Translations under genes and position numbers: made by a program
Part shown: in pieces, positions 47,916-60,040 of the stretch
How the letters are laid out: each line of letters opens with the position of its first letter
How positions within the stretch are numbered: position 1 is the first letter of the stretch
The notes under the pieces: model-generated
Told to the model about the DNA's origin: nothing
What the model saw: the letters and a program-made list of their open reading frames with translations, nothing else
Databases searched by the model: none
Source of the DNA: Zootoca vivipara
Taxonomy: Eukaryota
Length of the DNA: 64,000 bases
Reading direction: 5' to 3'
NCBI RefSeq assembly: GCF_963506605.1
Contig: NC_083281.1
Span: 24,800,001 to 24,864,000, forward strand

Positions 47916-50247
47916 AAATGACATGTGGGTCCCTGCAGTGGCCTCTTGCTGAATAGGAGGAGCTGCTCGTATCCCCCCACCCAAGGGAGAAAATTCAGGG
48001 GGGGCATCCTAGGAGGTCTCATGGGGTTTACACTTGCCCAGCATGCTTCAGAGCAGGCCCCACCCCCTGTGACAGCCTTTGATAACCACCTTAACCACAG
48101 AGTTGGGAGTCTACATGTGTTCTCCCTCCAAATATCATATTTGAGGGGCACCCCTTCCCAAAACAGTTGATGGGCATTGCCCTTGCCCTTGTGAGAAAGT
48201 GGCAGGAACACAGCTGCTGCCTGGCACTTCTTCGTATGCTCCCCAGCTCCTCTCCCTCTTTCACCCATTGCAGCTCAGCTCTGCTGCCGGGCTTGGGGAC
48301 AGAGAGTGAGCCAAGCAACAGAGGGAGCAAGACTGGGTGCTGGGGGGCCAACTTAAAATATGGGGAGAGGCTGGTATGCCCTGCCTCACCTTATAGATCA
48401 CAAGATGTGGCGCACCCACACCATTTGATTGGCAATGCCCATCACCTTGTGGAGAGCAGCCCCCCACCAATATTTTATTGGGGGTGTGTGTGTGTGCCAA
48501 AGATACCTTGGCCCCCAGGAGCTGGCTCCTATATCTGTGCACAAGTCCTTCTCCTTCTCCCTAGCTCCTCTCCCTCTCTCACTCATCGCAGCTCAGTTCT
48601 GCATGCAAAAATGGTGCCAAGGCCATTCTGATTAGAGAGGCTGCTAAATCACTTTTGAGTTCTGTACTTCTGTGAAGGGAATAGGGCCTCCTAACAACTC
48701 TCAGCACCCTTAACTACAGTTCCTAGAATTCTCATTTTGAGAGATAGGGCTCCTGCTTTTACCCCACCTCATATCCCTGTGGGGTTTGCTTCAGTTTTTC
48801 TGCCCTTTGGAGTCAGCCATGTGGGGATCACACTGCATCAAAACTCAGAAGAAATGCGATGATACGATAAAAAAGACTTCAAAAAAAAAGTTCTTTTGAA
48901 TGTTAGACAAAACTTCCTTTGCATGCTCCTCCACTGCTTTCAGGCTGGAGAAATTTCTGCTTCCTTTTGCTCTCTGTCATGACCCGGCACAGTCCAAGAA
49001 ATTATTTACTGGGAGGAGGAATTAGAGCAACCTCATTTAGGTTTTGTTTTCTCAGAAATCAACTGTTTGAGCAGAGGTGTGTGCTGGTTAAGCGTGGGGG
49101 AGAGGAAAACTTGGAAACAGGATGTGATTTCTGCTCCAAGATCACAAAGACCCCCAGCTACTTTCCCCTTTCCAAGATTAACAAGGTTAAATAAATAATC
49201 AGCAACAGAGCATTATAAACGCTCTGTTGCTGAACAGTATATGATTGCACTGGTTTCTTATTTTTTGATCCTATCTCAGAGTCCGAAAGACTCATAGTGA
49301 TATTGGACAAAACTTCATTTGCATGCTCCTCCAATACTTTCAGGCTGGAGAAATATCTGCTTCCTTTTGCTCTTGGTCATGACCATGCACAGTCCAAGAA
49401 ATGATTTACAAGAAGGAGGACCTACAGCAACCCCATTTAGCTTTCGTTTTCTCAGAAAGCACCTGTTTGAGCAGAGCTGTGTGCTGGGCAGGGAAGGGGG
49501 AGAGGAAAACTTGTGAACAGGATGCAATTTCTGCTCCAATATTTTTACCCACCTACCACTGCCACATTCTCGTGAACTTTCCACAATGTGGCAAAGAGGG
49601 AAACGTGGAACAATGTCTTCCCATAGATCAGAGCTGCATCTCCCAAATAATTCTGAAGGACTGTGATGCTATGTTCTCCAAGTAATCACTCATTATTTTT
49701 ATACTTTGTTGTTTGCCCCCTGCCATGACCCAGCAGAGTCCAAGAAATTATTATAAGCCAGCATGGCCAATGGCCAGGAATGATGGAAAATGAAGTCAAA
49801 ACATCTGGAAGGCATCAGTTTGAGGAAGCTGGTGTAGATGTGGGGACCTTCCAGATGTCGTTTTAACTGAGCATTCATATCTGAGCTCATAATGATATTG
49901 GGGTCGTTATACATGATCCCATTTTCAATACCCTTTGCATCTGCAAATGTTTTGGCATGGTCATACTGCTTCGTTTGCAATAGGCATGGGCTCCATAGTT
50001 TCCTGCTGAAGCCCCGCTACTTTTTCATAACACAAATGTTCATGGGTGGGTGTTGCCCACTTTTGTCACACTACAGACAGAGCAAGAGTGACCTTCACAA
50101 TATTTCTCATTTATGAGAATTTCATGGAAAACTAAAAGCTTATTAGTTAGGGTTGTAGGGTTGCCATATTTGAAAAGGTGAAAATCCAGACACAAAAGTT
50201 GTTGAGCTTTTTTGCAAAATTTTGCAAAATTGTTGACATGCAAAATT

Positions 50248-50298
<51 letters not shown>

Positions 50299-52789
50299 TT
50301 ATACCCCACCCTCCCCGGCCAAAACCGGGCTCAGAGCAGCTAACATCAAATGTATAACACTTTAACATAAAATCAGGCAATCAATTAAAATACATCCTAA
50401 AATCAGATCAGGATCAGAATAAAATCCAATCAGATGGCTACCCGCAGATTAGGGTTGGGGACCTTAAATGCTCACCAGGCCCAGCTGTTTGTGCTGAACT
50501 TATACGGGCCTGTGAGAAAAACCTGGGGGGAAATGTAACTGATAATATGATAGATAATGTATGTTAAATATGTTCAAAAAAATATTTTTTAAAAAACTTT
50601 ATACCTTGTTGATTGCCGAGAAAGAGGACAACCAATCCATCAATATAAATATAAATCACTACTGACTCAACAGATTTATTTCATTGCATCCATTCCTGTG
50701 CATCTAGAATTAGACTCTTATGCATTCGTCTTCCACACCCATTAATTTTTTTTGTTATTATATTATTAATAATAAGATATATAAAAGTATGGATTCCCCT
50801 CGGAAATGCTAAATCCAGAATGGGGATAAAATGAGGGCTTGCATTTTGATGGCAATGACATTGTCATGGCCATCCAACATCTGCTTAAAAACCTCCCATG
50901 AAGGTTATATGACACATTTGTCATATTGATGTAACATGCTATCGAAACCTCTCTGTGTAACTTCTACACAGATAGGCCTTTAAGAAAGGGAATTGTTTGA
51001 CTTTGATGTAGTTTTATTAGATGTTGCTAAAATTGTTTCTTTAGGCAATAATCAAAATTACTGTAGAGGTTGAAGTGTAGGTATTTTGGGCATATAGGTT
51101 TTTTTCCTTTCATGAAGTTTTCTGTGAGCTGCCCTGAGACCTCTGGGTATACGGCAGTATATTATTAATAATAATGATGATGAAGATGATGATGATGAAG
51201 TTGCAGATTTTGTGGAATGCAGTCTTGCTTTTATTTGATAATTGAGAAAGCTTATTAAAGAAACTACCTCCTTCAAAGGAGAATTTGGGACTAAATATCC
51301 CTTTCTTGGAGCATCTCTCTCTCTCATTTGACCCATGTAATATTTTGCTTCCTGTCCAGTTCTAGCCTTGCTGATTCAGGCAATTATGATTTGGTTTCTC
51401 AGCCTTAACAATATTTCAGATTTGTACTGCTAACATATTATATTGTTTTTATGTTATTAACCTCATTTATCTTATTTTCTGTAGTGCTCAATTAAGTTCC
51501 ACCAAGTAAAGGAAATGCATTTGCTACATGCCTGAAGACACATCCTTGAACACTGAATTTTCTGTGTTGATATGAAGGGGGGCTAATTTCATCGTAAAGG
51601 GAACTGAGATGAGAAACTGGATTTCTGCTTTGCAGAAATTGAGCTTACATTTCCCCTCTGAACAAAGCAAAACTGTCACGCTGCCCACTCTCCTCTCCCC
51701 CTTTTACTTCAAAAATGCTTTGCTGACACTAAAGCAGCAGCCCTTCTTTTTTCCCTTGCTTTGCGGAAGAGGGTCCTCTCTCAAAGTGAGACATTCTGGG
51801 TTAGGTGGCCGGGGAGAGTTGCCTGCACCAACATGTTTCCACAGGGGCTAGAAATCATTTTAAAACATAGTTCAAAGTTCAAAATTAATAAAGTAAGGAC
51901 TTGCTACCATTTTGAACTTTTTTGTTATGGTATTCTTTAAAACATGGGTAGGCAAACTAAGGATTTTGTACATTTCCCCCAAAGAAATACAGTCCGGCCC
52001 ACCACATTGTCTGAGGGATGGTGGACCAGCCCTCTGCTGAAAAAGTTTGCTGATCCCTGCTTTAAAACACGAGTCTGCTTCTTCAGGCTCGTTCAGTAGA
52101 AAAGAATAAAGAAACCATTTTAATTTTTTAATATTTATAATTTTAATGAGATTATTAAAGTAAATAAGGGAAAAGGAAAGAATAGCAATCAAAGGAGGAA
52201 GAGAATACATTAAAACATTTTTAAAAGCAGCAATAACAAAATAACTATAAAATATACAAAAGGCTACAAAACTACATAGTATATTTTTGAATGGATATGC
52301 AGGATCCCACCCTAGAATATATCTGTGTTATATCTTGTTTAATTTGAACTGTTTCAGATTTTGATATCGTGTCATTAAGATCAGTAACTTTTTAATCCAG
52401 GGCTGTAATTTTAAGATCCACCTTTGTGAAATTATCCTTCAGGCATTCATTCTCATCATAATTTCCTTAAGCATGTGAGCAATAGAACTCTCTGAAGTCA
52501 TGTGTCTCTCTTCTTTTGCTCCATTCTTTATGTTTTGCTGCTGCAAATTTCCTGGATGTCGGAGGGGGAGAAGGAGAGGAGGCCGCGGTTTGATCTTTGC
52601 CATCTTGTTTATTGCCCTTGGATGACATCAATTGCTTTAACGCTGACAGGGAGGAGATAAGGCTACCAATTAAGTGTTGTTTCAACCATAGCTGCCAAGT
52701 TTTCCCTTTTCTCGCGAGGAAGCCTATTCAGCATAATGGAAAATCCCTTTAAAAAGGGGATAACTTGGCAGCTATGGTTTCAACAGGGC

Positions 52790-52904
52790 TGCTCTCGAAG
52801 CTACGAACATGAGTTTGACCAAACTGGGGGAGGCAGTGCAAGACAGGAGTGCCTGGCGTGCTATGGTCCATGGGGTCACGAAGAGTCGGACACGACTAAA
52901 CGAC

Positions 52905-52951
<47 letters not shown>
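52790..52951 (+). mobile_element. Bov-B 3' tail with (CAA)n
   Basis: ggtccatggggtcacgaagagtcggacacgactaaacgactaaac followed by (aac)n. Confidence 0.8.
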
Positions 52952-52952
<1 letters not shown>

Positions 52953-53086
52953 GGGCTGCTATACGTCTGGGATACACCCGTTAGAAATATTGTCCATGTG
53001 GGATTTTTAAAAAATGGTTAAAATGTCTCTGAAAACCCAGGCATATGTTGATTTCGCAAAAAAATGTTCCAGGACCAGAAGTCAAA

Positions 53087-53368
53087 CAGAAGAAGAAGAA
53101 GAAGAAGAAGAGGAGGAGGAGGAGGAGGAGGAGTTTGGATTTGATATCCTGCTTTATCACTACCCTAAGGAGTCCCAAAGCGGCTAACATTCTCCTTTCC
53201 CTTCCTCCCCCACAACAAACACTCTGTGAGGTGAGTGGGCTGAGAGACTTCAGAGAAGTGTGACTAGCCCAAGGTCACCCAGCAGCTGCATGTGGAGGAA
53301 CGGAGATGCGAACCCGGTTCCCCAGATTATGAGTCTACCGCTCTTAACCACTACACCACACTGGCTCT
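53087..53368 (-). mobile_element. tRNA-derived squamate SINE (Squam3-like) just downstream of paralog 5
   Basis: Minus-strand head agagccagtgtggtgtagtggttaagagc, gtgaccttgggctagtcac core, and a GAA/GAG simple-repeat tail. Absent at the same position in paralogs 1 and 4. Confidence 0.7.
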
Positions 53369-53439
53369 TGGTTGATGATGTGGTAGAAAGATGCATGCTT
53401 CACCTGGATGTCTCTTCCCCAGGTAGATGTATTGGCTGT

Positions 53440-54639
53440 TTACTTGGGTTTCTTAGGCTCAGCAGCCTTTGCCTGAACTTTCTCTGCATCTTTCACAGCG
53501 TTTTCCAGGAAATTCTTCAGCAAGTCAATTGAGGTAAAAAAAGAACTGCCCCCACCATAGAGAGACCCCAACAGAGGTATGAAATCCAGAACCTGCCCTA
53601 CCACTGTTTTCTCCCGCCACATATCCATGACGAATTCTGTTGTGATCTTACCAGCGCTTGGGGTATGTTCAATAACAGATTTCAACTCCTCAACATCTTT
53701 CCCCACTCGGTTTGCTAGTATATTGAGGGAATCTTCATCCAAGCCAAAAACTTTGCAGATATCCCTCATTGTCGAAACCACAATGTCAATGTCAAAACCA
53801 AAGGAGAAGAATGGGAGACGAATCAACCCAACATAATAACACACCATGGCTTTTTTCCGTATCCGGCTCTCCATAGCAGCCCTTTTCTTCTTTATGCTTT
53901 CTTTTGTTAAAATCTGAATACACATAATTAAAACATCTCTCTTAATTTCATCCTGTTCCTTTTCAAAGGTCTCTTGAAGCAGGGGGAAATCATACTTGCT
54001 CAAATCCCACCTTGATATTAGAAAGACCCTTGGAGAAGACTCACCTAATGCCTTCAAATTATCATAGCTATCTTTCCGTATAGTGTCAAGAGTCTCTTTC
54101 TCAGACTGCATCATCCTATCGCTGTCCCCCTCCTTGATGCCTTTTGACCGCCTGTCATTATCTATATCGACATCCACTTTGCTGCGCACATAGTAGAATG
54201 TCTTCTTATTTTTACGGATCTCAAGAGCCAAGTTGGTGTCATCCTCAGTGAAGCGTTCTGAGGCAATGATGATAAAAAAATCATAATTGCTGAAATTGAC
54301 CTTCTTTAGGTATTCCTCTGCACTAAATTCATTTGATCCAATTCCTGGTAGATCCCAAATTTTGAAGTTGGGGAATGTGGGGTGTGTATATTCTTGTGGC
54401 ACCATTGTTGTTTCTGTCTCCCCAGTCAAAGCTGCACCCTCTGCACGATCTGTCATTCCTCGCAGGGCATTGACGAAAGATGATTTCCCGGCACCTGATC
54501 TTCCTGTGATGGCAATTGCCAACGTGATATTATTTAATAAATTTGACTGCTGTTGAGCTTCAGCTGAAACAGCTTCGAATTCCTTTTGATCCAAAGCAGC
54601 CTTCACTTCATCAAGGTCTATTGTTACGGCAGGGTCCAT
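53440..54639 (-). CDS. Immunity-related GTPase (IRG family), paralog 5, inverted duplicate of paralogs 1/4 with altered C-terminus
   Basis: 399 aa ORF with GRSGAGKS, WDLPGIG, RSKVD, SRW and two in-frame deletions relative to paralog 1. Acceptor ends at 54668 (minus strand). Confidence 0.9.
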   Translation of the reverse strand: MDPAVTIDLDEVKAALDQKEFEAVSAEAQQQSNLLNNITLAIAITGRSGAGKSSFVNALRGMTDRAEGAALTGETETTMVPQEYTHPTFPNFKIWDLPGIGSNEFSAEEYLKKVNFSNYDFFIIIASERFTEDDTNLALEIRKNKKTFYYVRSKVDVDIDNDRRSKGIKEGDSDRMMQSEKETLDTIRKDSYDNLKALGESSPRVFLISRWDLSKYDFPLLQETFEKEQDEIKRDVLIMCIQILTKESIKKKRAAMESRIRKKAMVCYYVGLIRLPFFSFGFDIDIVVSTMRDICKVFGLDEDSLNILANRVGKDVEELKSVIEHTPSAGKITTEFVMDMWREKTVVGQVLDFIPLLGSLYGGGSSFFTSIDLLKNFLENAVKDAEKVQAKAAEPKKPK

Positions 54640-54811
54640 GACAGTGATTCCTCGTGGTTCAGTTTATCTGAGAAAGAGAAGAAAACTCTAATAGTTAGAT
54701 TATAACTTTCCACACACTTTTATCTTTACAAACCATGGTTTATGTGGGAAATATCAATTTACTCAGGGCATGTCAATGAGACCAGTGGGTTGTTTTAGCA
54801 ACAGTTGGTAA

Positions 54812-55981
54812 TCCTATATAATAAAGTCCAAGTTGTCCCTGCGTCCAGTTGTCCCGTGTGTCCCTGGGTCACTGCGCATGTCCCCCAGGCACACAGGGAT
54901 TGGACGGAGGGACAACGGCCAACCGCCGTTCCGAAGCCCAGTCTCACGCTGGAGGTGCACGGCGAGGCGGCGGGGGAAAGAAGCGCTCCCCCCGGCAGCC
55001 TTGCCGCGCACCTCCGGCATGGGACGGCGCTTCCTCGGCCGAAGCGGCAGCGGGCGCCGAGGGAAGCCGACTTTGGCTTGGCGGCGGCGGGAAGAAGAGG
55101 AGGAATTTTTCCCACCGCCGCCAAGCCAGTCACCAAGCCGAAGTGCGGCGCGGTGGGGGCTTTTCGCTGTTTGACTTCCCGGAGTGAAGGGGGAGGCAAA
55201 CGGTAAAAAGCACCCGCCGCGCCGCACTTCGGCTCGGGGACTGGCTTGGCGGCGGCGGGAAGAAGGGGAGGAATTCCTCCCCTTCTTCCCGCCGCCGCCA
55301 AGCCAGTCTCCGAGCCAAAGTATGGCGCGGCAGGTTTTTTCGCCGTTTGCCTCCCCCTGGGGGGAAGGCAAATGGCGAAAAGCCCCCACTGCGGACTGGC
55401 TTGGCGGTGGCGGGAAGAAGGGGAGGAATTCCTCCCCTTCTTCCCGCCACCGCCAAGCCAGTCCCGGAGCCGAATTGCGGCGTGGCGGGGGCTTTTTGCC
55501 GTTTGCCTCCCCCTTAGCTCGGGGAAGGCAAACGGCGAAAAGCCCCCCCCCGCGCCGCAATTCGGCTCTGTCCCCCGCGCGCTTTAGTTTGGGGAAGCAG
55601 GCAGGGAGACGCAACAGCCCGGGAAGCTGCGGGCTGTTGCGTCTCCCTGCCTGCTTCCCCGAGCCATAGCGCATCGGGGGACAGCCGAAGATCGGCGGGC
55701 GCTGTTTGCCGGGGTTGACAAACCCCGGCAAGCGGCGCCCGCTGATCTTCGTGTGACAGGCAGTGGGGAATGCAGGCAGGCAATAGAGCAAGCGCCTGCC
55801 TGCCTTCCCCGCCGCCAGTCCCCCGGTGCTTCGTGCAGCGCTGCTGGGTGCCGATCCGGCAGGCCGCTTCCTTCATCTCGCGGCCTGCCGGGTCGGCGCT
55901 GATCAGCGCTGCGCGGAGCACCGGATCGAGGAGCCGGCATGCATTCTAGCACCCGTTTATTTAACGGGCTGAAGACACTAG
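54812..55981 (+). mobile_element. Non-autonomous Helitron, 1170 bp
   Basis: 5' TCCTATATAATAAA, 3' hairpin CCCGTT-TATTT-AACGGG (55952-55968) 9 nt before terminal CTAG, inserted between A and T with no TSD. Empty site visible in the introns of paralogs 1 and 4. Confidence 0.88.
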
Positions 55982-56288
55982 TATTTCAATAAAGTGAAGA
56001 ATTGCGCCTGTTGTCAATCTCTCAGAAATCTATATGTGCATACATACACACATAAGAGTTAAAGCATGTTTATGTGAGATGTGGACCTTTATTGAACTCA
56101 AATTCATTCGTCTAGAGCAGGCATGGCCAAACTTGGCCCTCCAGCTGTTTTGGGACTAAAACTCCCATCATCCCTGAACACTAGTCCTGTTAGCCTGGGA
56201 TGATGGGAGTTGTACTGTAGGCCCAAAACATCTGGAGGGCCAAGTCTGGCCATGCCTGCTCTAGAGATTTGACTAAAGGAAGCATTTA

Positions 56289-56745
56289 GGTAAAGGGTAA
56301 AGGGACCCCTGACCATTAGGTCCAGTCGTGACGGACTGGGGTTGAGGCGCTCATCTCGCGTTATTGGCCAAGGGAACCGGCATACAGCTTCCAGGTCATG
56401 TGGCCAGCATGACAAAGCCGCTTCTGGCAAGCATAGCTGCCAAGATATCCCTTTTTTTAAAGGGATTTTCCCTTATGCTGAATAGGCTTCCTCGCGAGAA
56501 AAGGGAAAACTTGGCAGCTATGCTGGCAAACCAGAGCAGCACATGGAAATGCCGTTTACCTTCCCACAGTAGTGGTACCTATTAATCTACGTACTTGCAC
56601 TTTGACGTGCTTTCGAACTGCTAGGTTGGCAGGAGCTGGGACTGAGCAACGGGAGCTCACCCCGTCGCAGGGATTCGAACTGCCGACCTTCTGATCAGCA
56701 AGCCCTAGGCTCTGTGGTTTAACCCACAGCGCCACCCGCGCTGTG
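56289..56745 (-). mobile_element. Sauria SINE with a nested ~90-bp MITE
   Basis: Reverse complement of the 14031 element, TSD TAAAGGAAGCATTTA (56274-56288 and 56746-56760), nested CATAGCTGCCAAG MITE at about 56432-56522. Confidence 0.85.
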
Positions 56746-57176
56746 TAAAGGAAGCATTTACACACACACTAAAATTCCTCTCTTTTTTTTGCTAAAACAC
56801 TTCATAAATAAATATGCCAATGCACTGTGCATATCCCTAGTATATTCTGGCGAAGTCTTGTCCTGCCACTTTCACAAAAGTCACCAATAAAATGAAGAAT
56901 ATTTTTAGAAATGTCACCAAGGGGGAGGTGAAAAAAGGAGTCAAAGGGTCGAAATAAGTGATGCAGAAGGAGCCCAGAAATATTCTTAAAGTGCGGTACT
57001 GGGGGAAATATCCACATCGAGTTCTTGTCAACTTTTACTCAGCATAGACTCACTGAAATTAATAACCATGCCTAAGGTCCATTAATTTAATAGATTTACT
57101 CTGAGTACATGTTAGTTGAAGACAACCCATTATCAGCAACATTATCTTGTCCCGAAAGCTAGATAAATATAATGAA

Positions 57177-58010
57177 CTAGTGTCTTCAGCCCGTTAAATA
57201 AACGGGCGCTAGAATGCATGCCGGCTCCTCGATCCGGTGCTCCGCGCAGCGCTGATCAGCGCCGACCCGGCAGGCCGCGAGATGAAGGAAGCGGCCTGCC
57301 GGATCGGCACCCAGCAGCGCTGCACGAAGCACCGGGGGACTGGCGGCGGGGAAGGCAGGCAGGCGCTTGCTCTATTGCCTGCCTGCATTCCCCACTGCCT
57401 GTCACACGAAGATCAGCGGGCGCCGCTTGCCGGGGTTTGTCAACCCCGGCAAACAGCGCCCGCCGATCTTCAGCTGTCCCCCGATGCGCTACGGCTCGGG
57501 GAAGCAGGCAGGGAGACGCAACAGCCCGCAGCTTCCCGGGCTGTTGCGTCTCCCTGCCTGCTTCCCCAAACTAAAGCGCGCGGGGGACAGAGCCGAATTG
57601 CGGCGCGGGGGGGGGGGGCTTTTCGCCGTTTGCCTTCCCCGAGCTAAGGGGGAGGCAAACGGCAAAAAGCCCCCGCCACGCCGCAATTCGGCTCCGGGAC
57701 TGGCTTGGCGGTGGCGGGAAGAAGGGGAGGAATTCCTCCCCTTCTTCCCGCCACCGCCAAGCCAGTCCGCAGTGGGGGCTTTTCGCCGTTTGCCTTCCCC
57801 CCAGGGGGAGGCAAACGGCGAAAAAACCCGCCGCGCCATACTTTGGCTCGGAGACTGGCTTGGCGGCGGGAAGAAGGGGAGGAAGTGCGGCGCGGCGGGT
57901 GCTTTTTACCGTTTGCCTCCCCCTTCACTCCGGGAAGTCAAACAGCGAAAAGCCCCCACCGCGCCGCACTTCGGCTTGGGGACTGGCTTGGCGGCGGTGG
58001 GAAAAAAAGG
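57177..58010 (-). mobile_element. Second copy of the same Helitron, inverted and 5'-truncated
   Basis: Near-identical reverse complement of about 55110..55981 with one internal deletion; CTAG terminus at 57177-57180 with its hairpin. Confidence 0.85.
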
Positions 58011-58571
58011 AGGAAGACCCCCGCCACCGGGGGTCTACCTAGAGCCGGCCCAGGTCTCTGCCTCTTCAGACTCAGGGCATTGTTTGGAGAATAGAAGTTG
58101 CTGTATTCCTCTGTTCTGTACCCCGTTCCCCGCTCTGACAAAGAGGGTGGGGTCATGAACCGCATTCCAATGCTAATAAACGTCATTTACTGTATTAAAC
58201 TCTGCGGGGGGGGGGGGCGACTCTTATAGTAGCACCAGCTCTGCTTGCTCCCTGGGGATGGCATGTTATTTATTCCCTTTGACGCGGGGAAGAAGGGCAG
58301 CCTTCTCCAACATCATTGTTAATAATAATATTATTGTTTATAATATGATATGATATATGATATCACAATAGCTATAATGTAACGGTTAATATAATAACAA
58401 TAAAAAGGTAAAAAGGTAAAAAATAACAATAAAAAGGTAAATGATAAACAACAACGACAACTGTTTCTGCCACCCCCACCAAGCAAGGAGCTCGGAGTCT
58501 CCTTTAAAGCAAACAAGCTCAAAAAGAAACGGAAATCATTCTAGACCCAGGAGAAAAGTTCAACTCCTTAC

Positions 58572-58851
58572 CTGCTGCTGGACCGATTTTTTTGCAGCCA
58601 AGCTCTGCCCTCTTCTCGGAAGTTTTGCTTCATGGTTTTCCACGCTTTTCTCCGTCCTGCTCTTTCTCTGTGGCTCCCTTTTATACCCCCTCCCTCCTGA
58701 TCGCCACACTCCTAAAAGCAAAAAGGAAAGCGAAGGTAACCAGCGAGGATGAGATAAGATAGCAACAAATAGCCGCAGCCGCATTCCTGGCCAGAGGGAG
58801 CTCCAAGCAGCCCGTTTGCCAGCGGGGATGCTGCCTTTCCTGGGAAGTCCC
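58572..58851 (-). promoter_or_regulatory. Predicted promoter and non-coding exon 1 of IRG paralog 5
   Basis: GGGACTTCCC (58842-58851), GAAAGCGAAGGT (58726-58737), TATAAAA (58679-58685, minus strand), donor CAG/GTAAGG at 58571. Confidence 0.62.
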
Positions 58852-59045
58852 AAAGGATCACCTGTGGAAACATCCCATGTGGGCAATCCTTTACCTCTGC
58901 TGTTGTTGCCTCTTTGCCAGTCTCAGCAGCACCTGAGTTGTCCGCACTTAAGCAGCGTGGCATTGATGAAAGAGGACTATGCAGAGCCTGTCCTTCCTAC
59001 GGTACTACTGCAGTGTAGAATATTTGCAAAGGACCTTAGAAATTT
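58835..59045 (-). pseudogene. Decayed IRG G-domain fragment upstream of paralog 5
   Basis: Minus strand VGRTGSA*SSFINA, followed by ORF 58712..58963 LSADNSGAAETGKEATTAEVKDCPHGMFPQVILWDFPGK. Confidence 0.85.
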
Positions 59046-59102
59046 CCTAGATTTTTTTAAAAAAACCCTTCTAGTTAATAAGGTGCATTCATTGGTGTGC
59101 TA

Positions 59103-59240
59103 GTTACAGGTAGGTAGCCGTGTTGGTCTGAGTCGAAGCAAAATAAAAAAATTCCTTCAGTAGCACCTTAAAGACCAACTAAGTTTATATTTTGGTATGA
59201 GCTTTCGTGTGCATGCACACTTCTTCAGATACACCTCAGA
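59103..59240 (-). mobile_element. Penelope-type terminal-repeat fragment with minimal hammerhead, upstream of paralog 5
   Basis: Same sequence as the 35490-35617 arm, flanked by duplicated TCATTGGTGTGCT. Hammerhead at 59195-59232 (minus strand). Confidence 0.65.
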
Positions 59241-59401
59241 TCATTGGTGTGCTCTGAGCATGAGAAATGTTGGATAAAATCCATAGGCTGGGGTGTAAAT
59301 GGCAGGCTGGGGGAGCAGAGCAGTGCTTTGAGGGAAATTCGGCTGATCAGGGTATGTAATGCCCATGGTTGCACAACCAGATCTGCATCTGCAGTACATC
59401 A

Positions 59402-59402
59402 G

Positions 59403-59440
<38 letters not shown>

Positions 59441-60040
59441 AATTTATATCCCGCCCATCTGGCTGGTTTTCCCAGCCACTCTGGGCGGCTTCCAATAGAA
59501 TTTTTAAAATATGATAAAACATCAAACATTAAAAACGTCCCTAAACAGATGTCTTCTAAAAGTCAGAGTGTTATTTATTTCCTTGACATCTGATCGGAGG
59601 GCGTTCCACAGGGCGGGCACCACTACCGAGAAGGCCCTCTGCCTGGTTCTCTGTCACCTCACTTCTCACAGTGAGGGAACTGCCAGAAGGCCCTCGGAGG
59701 TGCACCTCAGTGTCTGGGCTGAATGGTGGGGATGGAGATGATCCTTTAGGTATACTGAGCCGAGGCCGATTAGGGCTTTAAATGTCAGCACAAACACTTT
59801 GAATTGTGCTCAGAAACATACTGGGAGCCAATGTAGGTCTTTCAAGACTGTTGTTATGTGGTCTGGGCAGCCACTTCCGTCACCAGTCTAGCTGCTGCAT
59901 TCTGGATTAGTTGTAGCTTCCGAGTCACCTTCAAAGGTAGCCCCACATAGAGCACATTGCAATAGTCCAAGCAGGAGATACCTAAAGTGGTGCGGGGAGG
60001 TAGGGTCTCAGCCTGCGTACCAGATGGAGCTGGTAAACAG
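59402..60040 (-). mobile_element. L2 LINE 3' fragment
   Basis: Encodes LDYCNVLYVGLPLKVTRKLQLIQNAAARLVT and ends in an (AAC)n tail. Confidence 0.85.

Noticed and set aside
54795-58186. Many long overlapping GC-rich ORFs of up to 325 aa
   Set aside because: They come from the palindromic Helitron repeats, have no recognisable domain, and appear on both strands.
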